Assembly: GCA_965113315.1 (NCBI GenBank)
Contig: OZ220373.1
Reading direction: 5' to 3' (one strand)
Source: Podarcis vaucheri
Lineage: Eukaryota
Length of the DNA stretch: 64,000 nt
Position 1 is the first letter of the stretch. Every line of letters begins with the position of its first letter. This document shows, piece after piece, positions 45,197-58,680 of this stretch. The position numbers and the translations under genes were made by a program. The notes below the pieces were generated by a model that saw only the letters and a program-made list of their open reading frames with translations, was not told the DNA's origin and searched no databases.

Positions 45197-46701
45197 TTTA
45201 TTTATATCCCGCCCTCCCCAGCCAAAGCCGGGCTCAGGGCGGCTAACAGCAATAAAACAGTACAAAAGTACAACACAACACAACACTCTAAATCATTCAT
45301 TATAAAATTAATTCAAATCAAGCCACTGGCAACCATTGGGCCAGAGCTCCGCGAAGATTGCCGAGGGAGGGGGTCAGGCTGTGCCCTGGCCAAAGGCCTG
45401 GTGGAACAGCTCTGTCTTGCAGGCCCTGCGGAAAGATGTCAAGTCCCGCAGGGCCCTAGTCTCTTGTGACAGAGTGTTCCACCAGATCAGAGCCACGGCC
45501 GAAAAAGCCCTGGCTCTAGTTGAGGCCAGCCTAACCTCTCTGTGGCCTGGGACCTTCAAGATGTTTTTATTTGAAGACCGTAAGTTTCTCTGTGGGACAT
45601 ACCAGGAGAGGCGGTCCCGTAGGTACGAGGGTCCTAGGCCATATAGGGCTTTAAAGGTTAAAACCAGCACCTTAAACCTGATCCTGTACTCCACCGGGAG
45701 CCAGTGCAGCTGGTATAGCACCAGGTGAATGTGATCTCGCAGCGAAGACCCCGTAAGGAGTCTCGCTGCAGCATTCTGCACCCGCTGGAGTTTCTGGGTC
45801 AGTCTCAAGGGCAGCCCCACATAGAGCGAGTTACAATAATCCAGTCTGGAGGTGACTGTTGCGTGGATCACAGTGGCTAGGTCAGGGCGAGAGAGGTAAG
45901 GAGCCAACTGCTTAGCTTGGCTGAGATGAAAAAATGCCGCCTTTGTTATAGCTGCAATCTGCGCCTCCATGGAAAGGGAGGTGTCGAAGATTACACCCAA
46001 ACTCTTAACGGACGGTGGTGGCACTAATTGCGCCCCAGCAAGAGATGGGAGTTGCCCCCCCAATCCCATATCGTCCCGTCCCAGCCACAGGACCTCTGTC
46101 TTTGAAGGATTTAGCTTCAACCGGCTCCCACGTAACCATCCAGCCACAGCTTCCAAACATCTGGTCAGTGTGTCTGGGGCCGAGTCAGGATGGCCATCCA
46201 TCAACAGATAGAGTTGCGTGTCATCAGCATACTGATGGCAACCCAGCCCAAAACTTCGGACAAGCTGGGCGAGGGGGCGCATAAAGATGTTGAAAAGCAT
46301 CGGGGAGAGTATCGCACCCTGAGGTACTCCACACACCAAGGAGTGGCGCGATGACAATTCCCCCCCAAGTGCCACCTCTGTCCCCGACCAGAGAGAAACG
46401 AGCGCAGCCATTGAAGGACTGTGCCCTGGATCCCCACGTCGGCAAGGCGGTGGTCCAGGAGTTCGTGATCGGCCATGTCGAAAGCTGCTGACAGATCTAG
46501 AAGAATCAGCAGCCCTGACCCGCCTCGATCCAGCTGTCTATGAAGATCATCTGTTAGGGCAACCAGAGCCGTCTCGGTTCCATGATCAGCGCGGAAGCCG
46601 GACTGGAATGGATCCAGAGCCAATGTTTCATCCAGAAACCCACCAAGCTGTTCAGCAACCGCTCTCTCAATCACCTTACCCAGGAACGGAAGATTCGAAA
46701 C
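45148..46701 (-). mobile_element. 5'-truncated L2-type LINE (RT and 3' end) with a (TTA)n tail
   Basis: VSNLPFLGKVIE, QSGFR, LDLSAAFD, then after a frameshift GVPQGAILSP, QYADDTQLY, SRLDYCNSL, LHWLPV. Trinucleotide tail at 45148-45195. Confidence 0.9.
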
Positions 46702-47012
46702 ATGAGAGGCTTGGGCTTGCTTTGTCATCTGAACCCGGCCATGTGGTTTGTTTCTCTCTAGAGAGAGTCCCAAGTCAAGGTTTGTTCTTGATTTGCCACC
46801 CATGGTTTGCTTGGGAGTACCAAACCTCCAGCTTGGGTTCGGTTGACACAATGATTTCAAAAGCCACTGAGATGTCAAACAAAAGAAGTAACAGGACTTT
46901 ATTCTCAAATTGTCTTGCAAACAATTCACAATTAGGTTAATAATAAAACATCAAGTGTAAATTGTTTAATCTTCCGTATTAAACATGGCTTGTCTTTTTT
47001 TTTTTTTTACAG

Positions 47013-47134
47013 GTATAATGATATTTGTAGAACCAGAATCTCAGGCTGTTCTATCTGGCCAGACAGTGAAGCTAAGCTGCTGGGCAGCTGGTTATCCACT
47101 TCTTCATTATCAGTGGTTCAAAGAAAGCAAAGCG
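47013..47134 (+). CDS. MALT1: MALT1 exon 3 (Ig1, first half)
   Basis: ttacag|GT...GCG|gtaaat. IMIFVEPESQAVLSGQTVKLSCWAAGYPLLHYQWFKESKA. Confidence 0.95.
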
Positions 47135-47229
47135 GTAAATCAACTTACGAGGAAGCTCTGGGAATAATGGGAGTGTTGATAAGTAAACTGTGAAGCAAAA
47201 TGGTCATTATTCTTAGCTGGTAAATAAAA

Positions 47230-47830
47230 CTGCCAGTATCATAATGCCATTCTGCAAACCAATGGTGAGACCATACTTGGAATGTTGTGTACAGTTCTGG
47301 TTGCTTCACCTTTAAAAGGATATTGTAGATCTAGAAAGGATTCAGAAAAGGGCACCCAAAATGGCCAGGGAATTAGAGCAACTCGCCTATAAACATTTGG
47401 CCTTTTTCTTTTTGAAAAAGCGAGGTTTATTCAAGTAGAAATTGGAAATACTAGTACTCATGGCCATCCAAAGAGGCTGAATATTGGAAGATCTAGGATA
47501 GCCAAAATAAAATAATTAATTGCACAGTGCATAATCAAAACTATGGCATTTCCTGAACAGAATGGAATTCCCTCCCACAGGCTATCAACTTGTAAGGCTT
47601 GAAATTCTTGATGAATTCTTTGAGGATAAGACTTTTTTAAAGCTATGATTGCTATATTCTGCCTCTGCTGGCTTGCTTCTGAATGCCAGTTGCTGGAATA
47701 ACGTGGGGAGAGTGCTGTGGTATTCAGGTCCCGCTACCTATAGAGATCTGGTTGGCCACTCGGTTAACATAATGTTGGACTACATGGACCTTTGGCCTGA
47801 TCCAGCATAGCTCCTTTAATGTTCATATGT
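47230..47830 (+). mobile_element. Old CR1 3' region
   Basis: Reads MVRPYLECCVQFW..HL*KDIVDLERIQKRAPKM, a CR1 ORF2 C-terminal motif, degenerate. Confidence 0.65.
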
Positions 47831-47944
47831 TAAGTTCAAACTATAATCATCTTTGATTATAGTTCTTGTATGAAAAAACATGTACTACTGTATTGTGCTT
47901 TATCCTCCATTGTTGCAATTTGTGTTTTTGTTTTTTTATTTCAG

Positions 47945-48095
47945 GTCCCACGTGGCAATACCCAAGAACTGGTGCTCAACCAAGTAAGTGCAGAGGATTC
48001 TGGTTTTTACATATGCCGAGTAAACAGTGACTATACTTACCAGTTCAGCCAGTGGGCACAGCTCGATGTCTGCGAAATCCAAGGAGCTTGCCATG
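47945..48095 (+). CDS. MALT1: MALT1 exon 4 (Ig1, second half)
   Basis: tttcag|GTC...CATG|gtgagt. VPRGNTQELVLNQVSAEDSGFYICRVNSDYTYQFSQWAQLDVCEI. Confidence 0.96.
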
Positions 48096-51000
48096 GTGAG
48101 TTAAGAAACGTATGTCGTACAATAAATGCATTCTGCTGCGACGATGATGCTTTTGGGTCTTTGCGGCCAGTGGGTTATGGCTGCTTACATGTTACTTTTT
48201 TTCTTCTCTTGGTAATGATTGTGAAGAATGTCTCAGAACCGGCGTAGAGCCACTGATGATGAAATTTTCCTCCTGCTCTATAGTTCCTGCTTCCAGAAAG
48301 TACAGGTGCTCCTGTCCGTTGTTCTCCATGCCTCCATCTTGAGAACAGGATTGTTCCCCCCTCTTTTTTCTGCTTTGTTTCAACTTGCAGTCACTTCCTG
48401 TAAGTAGTAGAATCAAATGGAAATGCTTTTCCTGAGGCTTACCATTTCACCTAGAAGGTGCAGAGGGTTAATGTTTCCCCTCGGATAAATGCCACACATA
48501 ATGAAAAGTCGCTTGTCACGAGTGTGGCCTTTGCGTGACATCTTAGCTTTCTTTGTGGTGGGAGGTTTTTCCCCATTAGGGAAGCATTCAGACTTGCCAC
48601 CACCTGCAGCCTGAGTTAATTCAGTCTATAAAAAGCATAGCCATTTGATTCCACTGGCTGCATAAAAGGGCCCCGAGTTACAATTAAAGTATATGTTCAG
48701 ATCCCTTCCTACCCTTCAGTCTCTTTTGGTCTTCCCTAATATAGGGCTTATTCAGCTGCTCAGTCAATGCAAGTCTCAAAGTCATTTTTGTGATATTTTG
48801 TGATAATCTCTGTGTGATTTATTGTTCTTCCCGCCCCAGTCAGCCTCTGCTTGAGCAGGCAAATAGAGCACATACAAATAGGACCATAGCTCAATAGTTG
48901 GGACAACCCAGCCAGATGGGTTGGGTATAAAATTATTATTAGTGGTAGAGCACTTGCTTTGAATGCAGAAGGTCCCAGATTTGATTTTTTGCATCTCCAG
49001 GTAGGGCTGAAGATGAGTCAATAGTATGATACCATGATCTTCATGGAATGGTTGTGAGGCATTGTGAGGAGATAGTTCACCTCTGTCAAAAAAAATGTAT
49101 TCAGTACAGATTTGTTCTCCCAAACTGAGAGGGGGAATGTGCAGGTTCAACCCCCTCCCCCCCAAATCCCCACAGCCCTGAAAAACTACAAGTGAAACAT
49201 TCACAAAATGATGGTTTATTGTGGAAAGGGGTACTTTTTACTACGTCTGCCACTAAGTTATGGACTGAGTGAGTATTTTTGCACTCAATAAAAACAGGAC
49301 ATTTAAAGCATCTATAGTGGAGTAGATAGAGTTGTTACAGTCAGCATTCAGTAGATGAATTTGACAATTGCAGTAGCCGAGGGAAATAATGGCATTTCCC
49401 CTCAACAGAACATAGCCCACTGAGTGCAGGGGAAATGTGATACCTTGCAACAGAAGTACAAACTCGAGGGAGGGTGTCTAGACTTTGCACACTGTGTTAT
49501 TTGTTATTCTCATATGCTACCTTTTCTTTAAGAAGCTCAAGATGATGGTGTATTTGCTTCACAGCCTATGAGATAAGATGGAGAGGGAGGGAGAGAGAGA
49601 GAGAGTTGCCTCAGACTACATAGTGAATTCTATAGCCGAGTGGGGATTTGAGGCGGAATTTTCCATTTCCAAATGTTACAGACCTAGACACTGTGGGTGG
49701 TATCCAGCTAAGTTTTAATCAAATTAGACCCACTAAGATTAATGGACATAGCTTAGTCATGTTCATTAATTTTAGTGGGTCTACTCTGAGTAAAGCATAG
49801 GTGTACCACAAGGAAAACTAAGAGTATATTTATTGCTCCAAAAACTGATTGTCTAGAGAGGTCCTGAGAATCATGTTCTGTGACCTTGTTTAAAATTGCT
49901 TGAATCATCCACAGCCGTAATGAGCATTTTCTTCTGCCAGGTTCCCTTTTTCCACAGACACCAGACTACACTTCTGGTTTCAGAAGGTTAAGTTACTTCC
50001 CAGTTCATAGTACACTACCCTGGAAAAGTTATGATTAATTATGCCAAACTGTTCCGTAATTCATGAAATTTTGATGGCGTTCCCGGCATCCAAAGGTCAA
50101 TGTGCCACCTTGAAACTGCACAGAGAAAAATCTATTATAAAGCAGTACATAACTGTATTTTTTGCAGAAAACTGCAGTATTTTGTGTGTAACATTATACC
50201 AGGGAAGTATGCATATGAGGAACACAGTGCAATTCCAAGGGAGCAGGCCATGACCCTGGAATGAGCCGTCCTACCCCAGCTGTTTATATTATTGTCATCA
50301 CTCTCCTAGCACTATGGTTTGTGCAAGAAATGCTCTTCAGTCTTTTCTGACTACCTGATCTTAAAAGAGGATTTCGTATTATTGTCAAACTGTTCTGACG
50401 TTACACTGATTTTTGCATTTATGCATGTTCAAATGATCTACAGTTAAGAAAAAATGGGAGTGCTATAAGACTCCCCCAGGAGGAGAGTTCAGATGCTATA
50501 CGTTTCTCTCTTTGATTAAAAAAAATTAAATTTACAATCTTTATAGACCATTTCTATTAACATTAGATGTCCTTCTGATAATTTAAATAGCTACATTTCC
50601 AGGGGCTTGTTTGAATTGAAAAGAAGGTCTTGATGTCATATGGCGCTTAATTTGTTCGGCTTTCTTAATTTTTATTATTATTAATTGAATTTATAGCTGA
50701 AGGAGCCCATAGAGACCAAAAGATTTGCAGTCAAAACATTTCCGTTACTTAGGAGGTCAGAGCATGGCAATTCCTCAATCCTCCATTTAATTCTTTCTCC
50801 TGCCCCTATTCTGTGTTCAACATTTGTGTCAAGGCATGATTAGCTGTTAAGTAATGCCACACTGATTAATTGGTAACAGTAGAAGATTGGGAAAGAAGCA
50901 TGTGTGCATACGGTTAAAAACACTTAAGAGATACGGAAATATTGTTCATGTTATTTGTGAAAATCGGTTTAGTTGTGTGATGGATGAACTGACGTGGTAG

Positions 51001-52799
51001 TAGTGAATAAGAGAATGATCAGCAGGAATGCCTCTGGGAAAGAACAAATAATTCCTTGGCTGGAACCCAGTTACCTGGCTGTTGGGCACATCTTGGGGAA
51101 TTTTCTGTTTTGAATATTTCCTGTTTTGAAATTATTTGTATCATGTATATAACGGCTTCAAGAGATGTCTTTAAATGTATCTCATGAAGCCATTACACGC
51201 ACAAAATACCTAGTAAATTATTTTGGTGTCTTCTATGAAAGCAGCCTTGTATACGTGCAGAGCACATCAATTGTTGGACCCCCTTGAACACAGTCTGCCT
51301 GCTCTTCATGTCCTATAAAATGAGAGCATCTGGAGCTGTAGGAAGACCAGAGAGTTTCAATGCATGCAGTACATGATGATGTTGAACCTTTAATCCAAAG
51401 CCCTTGACAGGTTAGGTGGCAACTGCAGCATGTGTCTGGGTTGTCTAAACCTTTTAATCCATGCACGCTGACACATGATTGATTGACCACAACAACTGAG
51501 TTAAAAACTTCTGACAGACCTTGCTCTGCTTTAATGGTACAATGTGTGCACTCTGTAGTGCCACACATTCAGTGCATATCTAACATCTTGCTAGCTTATG
51601 TTTGTGCATTAGAAATATTTGGCCACAAAAGCTTAGTTTTCGCTTTGTTTTGTTTTAAATACACTTAGGAACATGCATTAATTAATTCCAGGTTGTTGTT
51701 GTTATTCAGTTATTGCATTTATAGCCCACCTTTTTCTCCAAGGAGCTGAAGGTGGGCATACATGGTTCTCCTCCCAATCAAGCACTTCTGATACCACTCC
51801 CATTCCTGGGTCTGAAGTGCAACTCCTTCAGTGTACTCCTCTAGAAATGCACAAGCGACCTGTGAAGAAACAGGAAGACTGATGCTATTCCCTTACTGTC
51901 CGTGGCATTGAGCTGTGTAGAATGAGTCTGTGTGTGTGTGTTACGCAGATTGTATTTGGCAATGCTTTAGCGTTAACAGGAAACAAAATGCAGGAACTCA
52001 ATGTGAGTTTCTCAGAACGCCTTGGAGAAAGAGGAGGACGTCACTAACTTGAAATAACTTGCTGTGCAGGGTTCTGATCTTTACTTTTAAAAAAAACTTT
52101 TCAATTAGCTTATCTATTAAGGCAAGATATTCAATAGTTAATGCAGCTTGAAACCTAGGCTGTTGCTTTTGCTCTGTAGAGTAGCAAGCGGACCCTTCCT
52201 CTGTCTGCTGATTTCCTTTGTAAGCCTCCTCCCCCTGAACCCACCCTCACAATCTCTCTTCCACACTTGCTGTGGCAAATGGTTGTTGTCGGCATCCATC
52301 TGTCTCAAGAGACAATGGAGTGCATCTCCAGGGGTGAAGTCAAGCTGCTGTGTTAGCAGCAGCAGCAAAGTTGCAAGCCATTTATATCCTACCCTTCCTC
52401 CCAGGGTAGCAAATGCACAAAAAAGTTATAACTGTGCTATTAAAAAACAAAATATATTTTAAACAATTAAAAGCATCTTTAAAAATGTGTTTTTAGAAAA
52501 GCAACTAGGAAGGGGTAAGTGGCTGTGCAAGGTGGTGAGCAGGGAAGCAATGAAACACTCCTCTTGCTGCTTCTCCTTCACAAATTTTGCAGCTCCCCTT
52601 TCATGGGTCTTCTGCTAAAAAGAGATAGCGCATGTTCCAAATCTGTTTACTATCAAATCATGAATGTTGTTGTATTTTTAAATTGCTTTTATATAAGCAA
52701 GAGGTTTTTTTATTATAGAAAGTTGTATATTTTTACCATCTGTTTTTACCATCAGCTGCTAAAGAATCTCAAATTCCCTTTCTTAATCTTGCATTTAAG

Positions 52800-52978
52800 G
52801 AAACTGTCCGGATTTACCTGAAAAGAAAATACATATTTACATCCATCCACAGTGCCAAAACCTGCTAGTAGGGGAAACGTTGAGTCTTCAGTGCGGAGCT
52901 ATAGGAATCCCTATGCCACAATATCAGTGGTACAGAAATGACTCTCCGCTGCCTAATGCTGATAAAAAGGTCTATACG
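52800..52978 (+). CDS. MALT1: MALT1 exon 5 (Ig2, first part); absent from the ORF track
   Basis: tttaag|GA...ACG|gtgagt. NCPDLPEKKIHIYIHPQCQNLLVGETLSLQCGAIGIPMPQYQWYRNDSPLPNADKKVYT (human LVLQCVAVGSPIPHYQWFKNELPL). Confidence 0.93.
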
Positions 52979-53212
52979 GTGAGTCTTAACTCTTTTGCCT
53001 TTGTTTGTTAGATTGCCATAAGTAATATTTCCAGCATGGCAGGCAGGAGTTACACAGCAAATACTGTAGCTATATACGCAATACTATTACCATAAAACTA
53101 AAAACATTAAAATCAGGGGAAAAAATCAAACAGCAACTGTTCACATCTCAGGACCTGATAAATTCAGGTATTTCCAAATGCTTGCAGAAAAAGATGAGTA
53201 TTTGGGCTATGG

Positions 53213-53456
53213 CAGGCAGGTCCAACTCTCTAGAGACACAATATGTCATCCTCCCTACTTCAAACACTCTGCCACCGCGGAATGGAAAAAAAACTTTCAA
53301 AGCAGTGACGGTGGCAATGGGACATAGCGCCAGGGGTGGGGCGCGGAGCGATCGATCAGGAGCACGCAGGCGATCACTTTTTTTTAATACCGCGATCGAC
53401 ATGGAGCGCCAACATGATCTACCTGTTGATCGCGGTCAACCGGTTGAACATGTCTG
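53213..53456. mobile_element. hAT (Charlie-like) MITE with GCGATCG subterminal motifs
   Basis: Ends CAGGCAGGTCCAAC / GTTGAACATGTCTG, 8-bp TSD GGCTATGG / GTCTATGG (1 mismatch). Confidence 0.7.
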
Positions 53457-54936
53457 GTCTATGGCAACCAATGAGGGAAGCTGAATCTCCTGGAGGCGGG
53501 CATTCTGTAGCTGGGATGCCACAACCGAGAAGGCCCTGTGAAACCAGCAGGGTCCCCTTTGCAGACCTTAATTGCCAAGATGGCATCGAACCTAGTAGCA
53601 CACCGTCAGCCAGTGCAGTTCGCACAGAATGAGTTTTCTGTGATTCTGGTAAGACAAATCACTTAATACACTAGCAGCTGCATCCTGCACCAGCTGCAAC
53701 CGCCAGACCATTTTTAAAGGCAGCCCCTTGTGGAATATTTTACTAATTGGCAATGAATCATGCTTGTCTCCTGGCCATTTTGAGGACAGTGGATGCAAGT
53801 GAGGGGACATTTTGGGTGATGGCTGTTTGTTTGTGGAGCTCGCTTCCCTGAGAGGTCCGTCAGCTCCTTTCTGGTTGCCTTTTAGATGGGACCAGCATGT
53901 TTTTATGTTGGTCTGCTTTTATTAGGAGATATATTTTATTGTTGTTAGGATTGCTTTTAATGGCTGTAAGCGAGGGTTTATGTGGGATGGCTGATTCGGA
54001 ATATAATAGTTTTACTACTCTTTCCATTTTAGTATTTTTAATTGTACATTTTAATGCTTTGTTTTTAAAATGTCTTTTCCATTTTTTCTGTACTCTGCTT
54101 TATAAAAAATACATCTGGAAAGGTGGCCTGGAAAATAAATAATAAATAAATCAGTGTTATCCAATTTAAATTAAAAGCCGCCTGGAAATAAATACTTTTT
54201 AAAGCATGATCTTGAAATTCTATATATAAATGAAGATGTTCTTTAACTTCCTAGTGCTCTTGTCATTAGCATGCTGATAATATCTGCTTGAATCTCTTTG
54301 GAGTACTGAACTCTGAAGCGAGTTTAATTGCATGTATCCTATTTCCTAAGGTATTAACTGGGTGGGTAGAGGCAGCACACAAGGTCTTTAATAGTTCATC
54401 GTTACTTCAAATTTCATGCAGAGCTAGATGCAATCCTCCAACACAGTGACCTGTGCAAATATATCATTAGTTTCATGAAATGTTGGTAACAGTTTTGTTC
54501 TTGGACACTAAAGACTTATTTTAGAAAACTCTTCTCTCCCTCTTAAAATTCATATAAGATGTGGATTTCCCCCACCCCTTTGCACCCCTGTAGTAGACTT
54601 AAGACAGCCAGCGTATTAGGACAGGTCATGAAAGGAAGATTCAAAATCTGCAGATCTGAATCACCTCCCCACAAGATAGCAAAACTTGTTGGTTGGTTTG
54701 TTTTTTAAAAAAAACTTGCAAAAAATAACATAGAACATGTGGCAGTTGTCTGTGTTAAGGGATAAAACAAAGGTTTGCTACCTCAGTGCTTAGATTTCAC
54801 AGCAGACGATTTGGGACGTCTAAGCACAGTCTTCTAGAGTTTTTGGGTATACAATTTTTTTGTTAAGTCTTGATCTTAGTACTGATGGAATTATTGAGAA
54901 TGCAGTTTAAGTACATCCTACCAGATATCCTTCTAG

Positions 54937-55033
54937 GTCTCCTGCATAGACACCGAACACCAAGGCACATATTGGTGCCGTGTATACAACAACCAAGACA
55001 ATCAAGAAAGCAGGAAGATAAAAGTCGTTGTAG
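54937..55033 (+). CDS. MALT1: MALT1 exon 6 (Ig2, second part)
   Basis: ttctag|GTC...GTAG|gtaaga. VSCIDTEHQGTYWCRVYNNQDNQESRKIKVVV (human VPYVDLEHQGTYWCHVYND). Confidence 0.95.
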
Positions 55034-57317
55034 GTAAGAAACTTCTTTATTGGGTGTAATAAACAGAATCTGGCGTTGAGTGCTCATTAGTGAGCCTACT
55101 CAGTGACAAACTTTGCTGCCTCCGTTGCATCCATATTTTGCTGTCCAGCTTTTCCTGGTAGAATGGAGTTTTTTACATTCTGGCCTGAAATAGAATAGAT
55201 GCCAGAAGCAATGGTGGCTCACCGTGGCTTGTTTGCAAAGCATTTTGAGGACAAAATCGCTTTCATCTGCTGGGGCCTTGACTCCACTGTTTCATATATT
55301 TCTTTATTTATAAAAAAATACATACTGCTGTTGATTTAAAAAAATCAAAGTGCTTTACAACATAAGAATGGCCTCCTGGATAAGGCCAGTGACCCAACTA
55401 GTCCAGCATCCTATTCTCACAGTTGCCAACCGGTAACAACAATTTTTCGTAAAATCATACAATAAAAGCTACATATAACATCAAAATAAGAAATTGGCTA
55501 GCTATTGTTGGCAGGCGTTCTCTTAACGCCTGCATAAGCCTAGCAGAATATTAAAGTTTTCCACAGGTGTTTAGAAGTTCAATGGAACCTGCTGGAACTC
55601 AACTGATAAGAGTATTCTACAGTCCTGGACCATGACCCTAAAGGCTTGGTTTCTTCTTGTCAGAGGAGCCTCACCAACTCAGGGAACAATCGATGATGAC
55701 CCAGCAGATTATCTCAGTGATCGAGCTGGAATGTAAAGGTTCAGGTACCCTGGATGTAAGCTGTTCAGGGCTTTGGAAATTATCACAAGGACCTTGAATC
55801 TGATTCGGTAATAGATGGGCAGCCAGTGCAGATGCTTTAACAATGGTGTCACATATTGCTCTGTTGTGATGGATGAGCTTCAGTTAGTCAGACCACTCCT
55901 TAAGAAATTCGCCCTAGATTCAGAAAATCTAAGTCTCGTTTCCAGGCTCAGTTCAAAGTGCTGGCTTTGACCTATAAAGCCCAATACCCCAAGGACCGCT
56001 CTCCCCACAGGAACTGAACCAGACCCTGTAATCATTATCTGATGCCCTTCTTCATGTGTCCCCTCTGCATGAGACCTGGAGGATGGCAACATGAGAATGG
56101 GCCATTCAGTGGTGGCTCCCTACTTGTGGAATGCTCTCCCTGGGGAGGCACACCTGGCACCATCTTTAATTTTAGATGCCGAGCAAAATCTTTCCCTTTA
56201 ATCTGGGCTTTTGGCCCTTGATTTGAAGGGTTTCAGGTATTTGCAGCTTCTTTTAATGGGGCAGGACCTGTAACACACGGGCTTTATCTGCATAGTTGTA
56301 TTTTTAGGTTTTATTGCTTTTGAAGGGTTATACTTTGCTTTAGTGCTTGTGTTGTGTTTGTAAGTCACTTTGGGTCACTTTTTTGAGGAAAGCAGCTAAT
56401 AATAATACAGTTTAGTACATAAACATCAAGAACTACTAATGAGAAGTTGGATCACATATGATTCGCATGACACTTTTTTTCTGGGACATGCTGTGATATG
56501 CTGTGTACATCTCAAAACTTGACCCAAAGAAAATTAACATATGAAACCTTTCAGGCTCAACCGCTTGATGCTGAACACCACCATAGCAGCCACTCTTGCA
56601 ATTATAATAAAGATTTTTGGCATGACCCTCTTTCACTTACACAAGTTTATGACCTTGTCTAAATTGCTTAACCTCTGTGTTCCTCCAAGCTTACTCATTT
56701 CTGAAATAGTTAGACTTGCCAGCAGCATCATGTGCATATGAGAAACCTGACGCTTCAGATTAGCAGATCTCTATATCACTTATCAAGTTTCTAAGTCTGC
56801 TACCCATTACTATATAACAAAAGTTAATTTGAGTTCCTAAGACTTGTTCACATTCACGAGAAGTATGTATGTGATTGGTGCCATAATCCCTTCATGCTGT
56901 TTTGAGTAGTCAAGTCGGGACAGCCTAAGAAACTAATGTGCAGTTCGCTGAATTAAAACAATTTCCCTCATTTTTGCTTTCATTTAATGTTAACCACAAA
57001 AGGAGGCTTATAATTCAGTGTATTATGTGTCTGTATATACTGTGCAGGCACAATCAACATAGGATTTGACTTAGGAGGTGACATTAAGTGATTATGAACA
57101 AGAACTTTAGTTCAAGATTCATCGTATGGATGCAAGTTTTTTATATGTCTTATGTTGTAACTTGCTGTCTGGCTATGCAATAGAGAATATCAATAGGTAG
57201 ACCAATGATGCATCTGCTACAGAATGGAGGTTGGGTTTTTTCTCCTCTGCAAAATATGTCTTGGCTGTCTTACTTACTTGTGAGAAGGTGATATGTAAAT
57301 ATTTTTTAAAATAAATA

Positions 57318-57467
57318 CAGTGGTACCTTGGTTTACGAACTTAATCCATTCCGGAAGTCTGTTCTTAAACCGAAACCGTTCTTAAACCGAGGTGCACTTT
57401 CCCTAATGAGGCCTCCCACCGCCGGTGCCCTTCCACCGTTCAGTTTCCGTTCTTAGACTGAGGTAAA
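57318..57467 (+). mobile_element. Family B MITE, 3'-truncated
   Basis: Matches the 5' part of 42166-42406. Confidence 0.75.
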
Positions 57468-57744
57468 GCTGCTGGGGCTAACATGTGTTGGAATCCAAGA
57501 GTATTGGGGGGGGCTGTTCCCCAGGTCTGATGTACATGTGCTTGTTCTTTTGATTTCTTTCCATTTGTGGCATGCTGTGATCTCAGCAGGATTATCTGTA
57601 GGGTCCTATTGGATGGCTTGTTTGCCCTTGGACCGGAGGTTTTTGAGCACATTTTGGAAGTGATTAGTTACACGATTCCATGCAGGATTAATTTGGCAGC
57701 ATGCTGTCTTGTGTATATCAACACAAGGTTCAAAATTATGTTTA

Positions 57745-58102
57745 CAGTGGTGCCCCGCAAGACAAATGCCTCGCAAGATGAAAAACTCGCTAGACGAAAG
57801 GGTTTTGGGGTTTTTGAGCTGCTTCGCAAGACGAATTTCCCTATGGGCTTGCTTTGCAAAACGAAAACGTCTTGCAAGTTTGTTTCCTTTTTCTTAACAC
57901 CCTTAATACAGTTGCGACTTGACTTCAAGGAGCAACTCATAGAACGCAGTGTACATAGTAGCCTTTTTTGAGGTTTTTAAAGACTTTGGTGATTTTTGAA
58001 GCTTTTCCAAAACTTTTCCAACACCGTGCTTCGCAAGACGAAAAATTCGCTAGACGAAAAAACTCGCGGAACGAATTAATTTCGTCTTGCGAGGCACCAC
58101 TG
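57745..58102. mobile_element. Tc1/mariner-type MITE (family C)
   Basis: TA-flanked TIR CAGTGGTGCC(C/T)CGCAAGAC with repeated cgcaagacga motifs. Confidence 0.85.
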
Positions 58103-58232
58103 TAGTAGCAGCCGAACAGAACGATTGCCTTAACACTACATTGGATTCTACATTTTCTTTATAAAACATGATTGTCATAAATGCAATCAAGAACTTCATT
58201 TCAGTATTCTTCTTTTTCCCTTAAATCTCAAG

Positions 58233-58265
58233 GTGGAAAATCTATTGCAGTAGAATGCTCTGAAG
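58233..58265 (+). CDS. MALT1: MALT1 exon 7 (33-nt alternative exon, TRAF6-binding region)
   Basis: ctcaag|GT...GAAG|gtaaac. GGKSIAVECSE (human GRTDEAVECTE), symmetric phase 1. Confidence 0.9.
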
Positions 58266-58653
58266 GTAAACTCAGCCAAATGTTGTAGAGCTTATTGATG
58301 AATTCTGCATGCTGGGAATTCAGGAGATTATGGGATCTATCGCTAAAATAGAATTGTGCACTGTGTTGGACCATAATGCTATATACAGAGCTGATGTAAC
58401 ATCATCTCATATTTATGCATGAGCTTCTCATTTCTGCCTTACAACTTCCACTGCATATTTTTTTCTATCACTCTGAAGGTGGAGCTGCTTTATCTGTTTA
58501 TCATGTTAAAGGGATCATCATGAAATGTTATCAGTAAACATTACTTTCCTTCCATCTCTGACTTTATTAGATGTAGCAAAATCCTGCTCTTTAATCTCTG
58601 TTAACGTGCTTCTCAAATACATATTTGTCACAGTTTTCTGTTTTCTTTTTCAG

Positions 58654-58680
58654 AGGACTTAAGTAGCCTTGGAGGGCCTG
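58654..58680 (+). CDS. MALT1: MALT1 exon 8 (27 nt)
   Basis: tttcag|AG...CCTG|gtaagt. EDLSSLGGP (human DELNNLGHP). Confidence 0.88.

Noticed and set aside
48096-58232. Apparent loss of the MALT1 Ig2 domain, since the ORF track shows nothing for it
   Set aside because: Exons 5 (52800-52978) and 6 (54937-55033) were found by manual translation, with correct splice sites and phases
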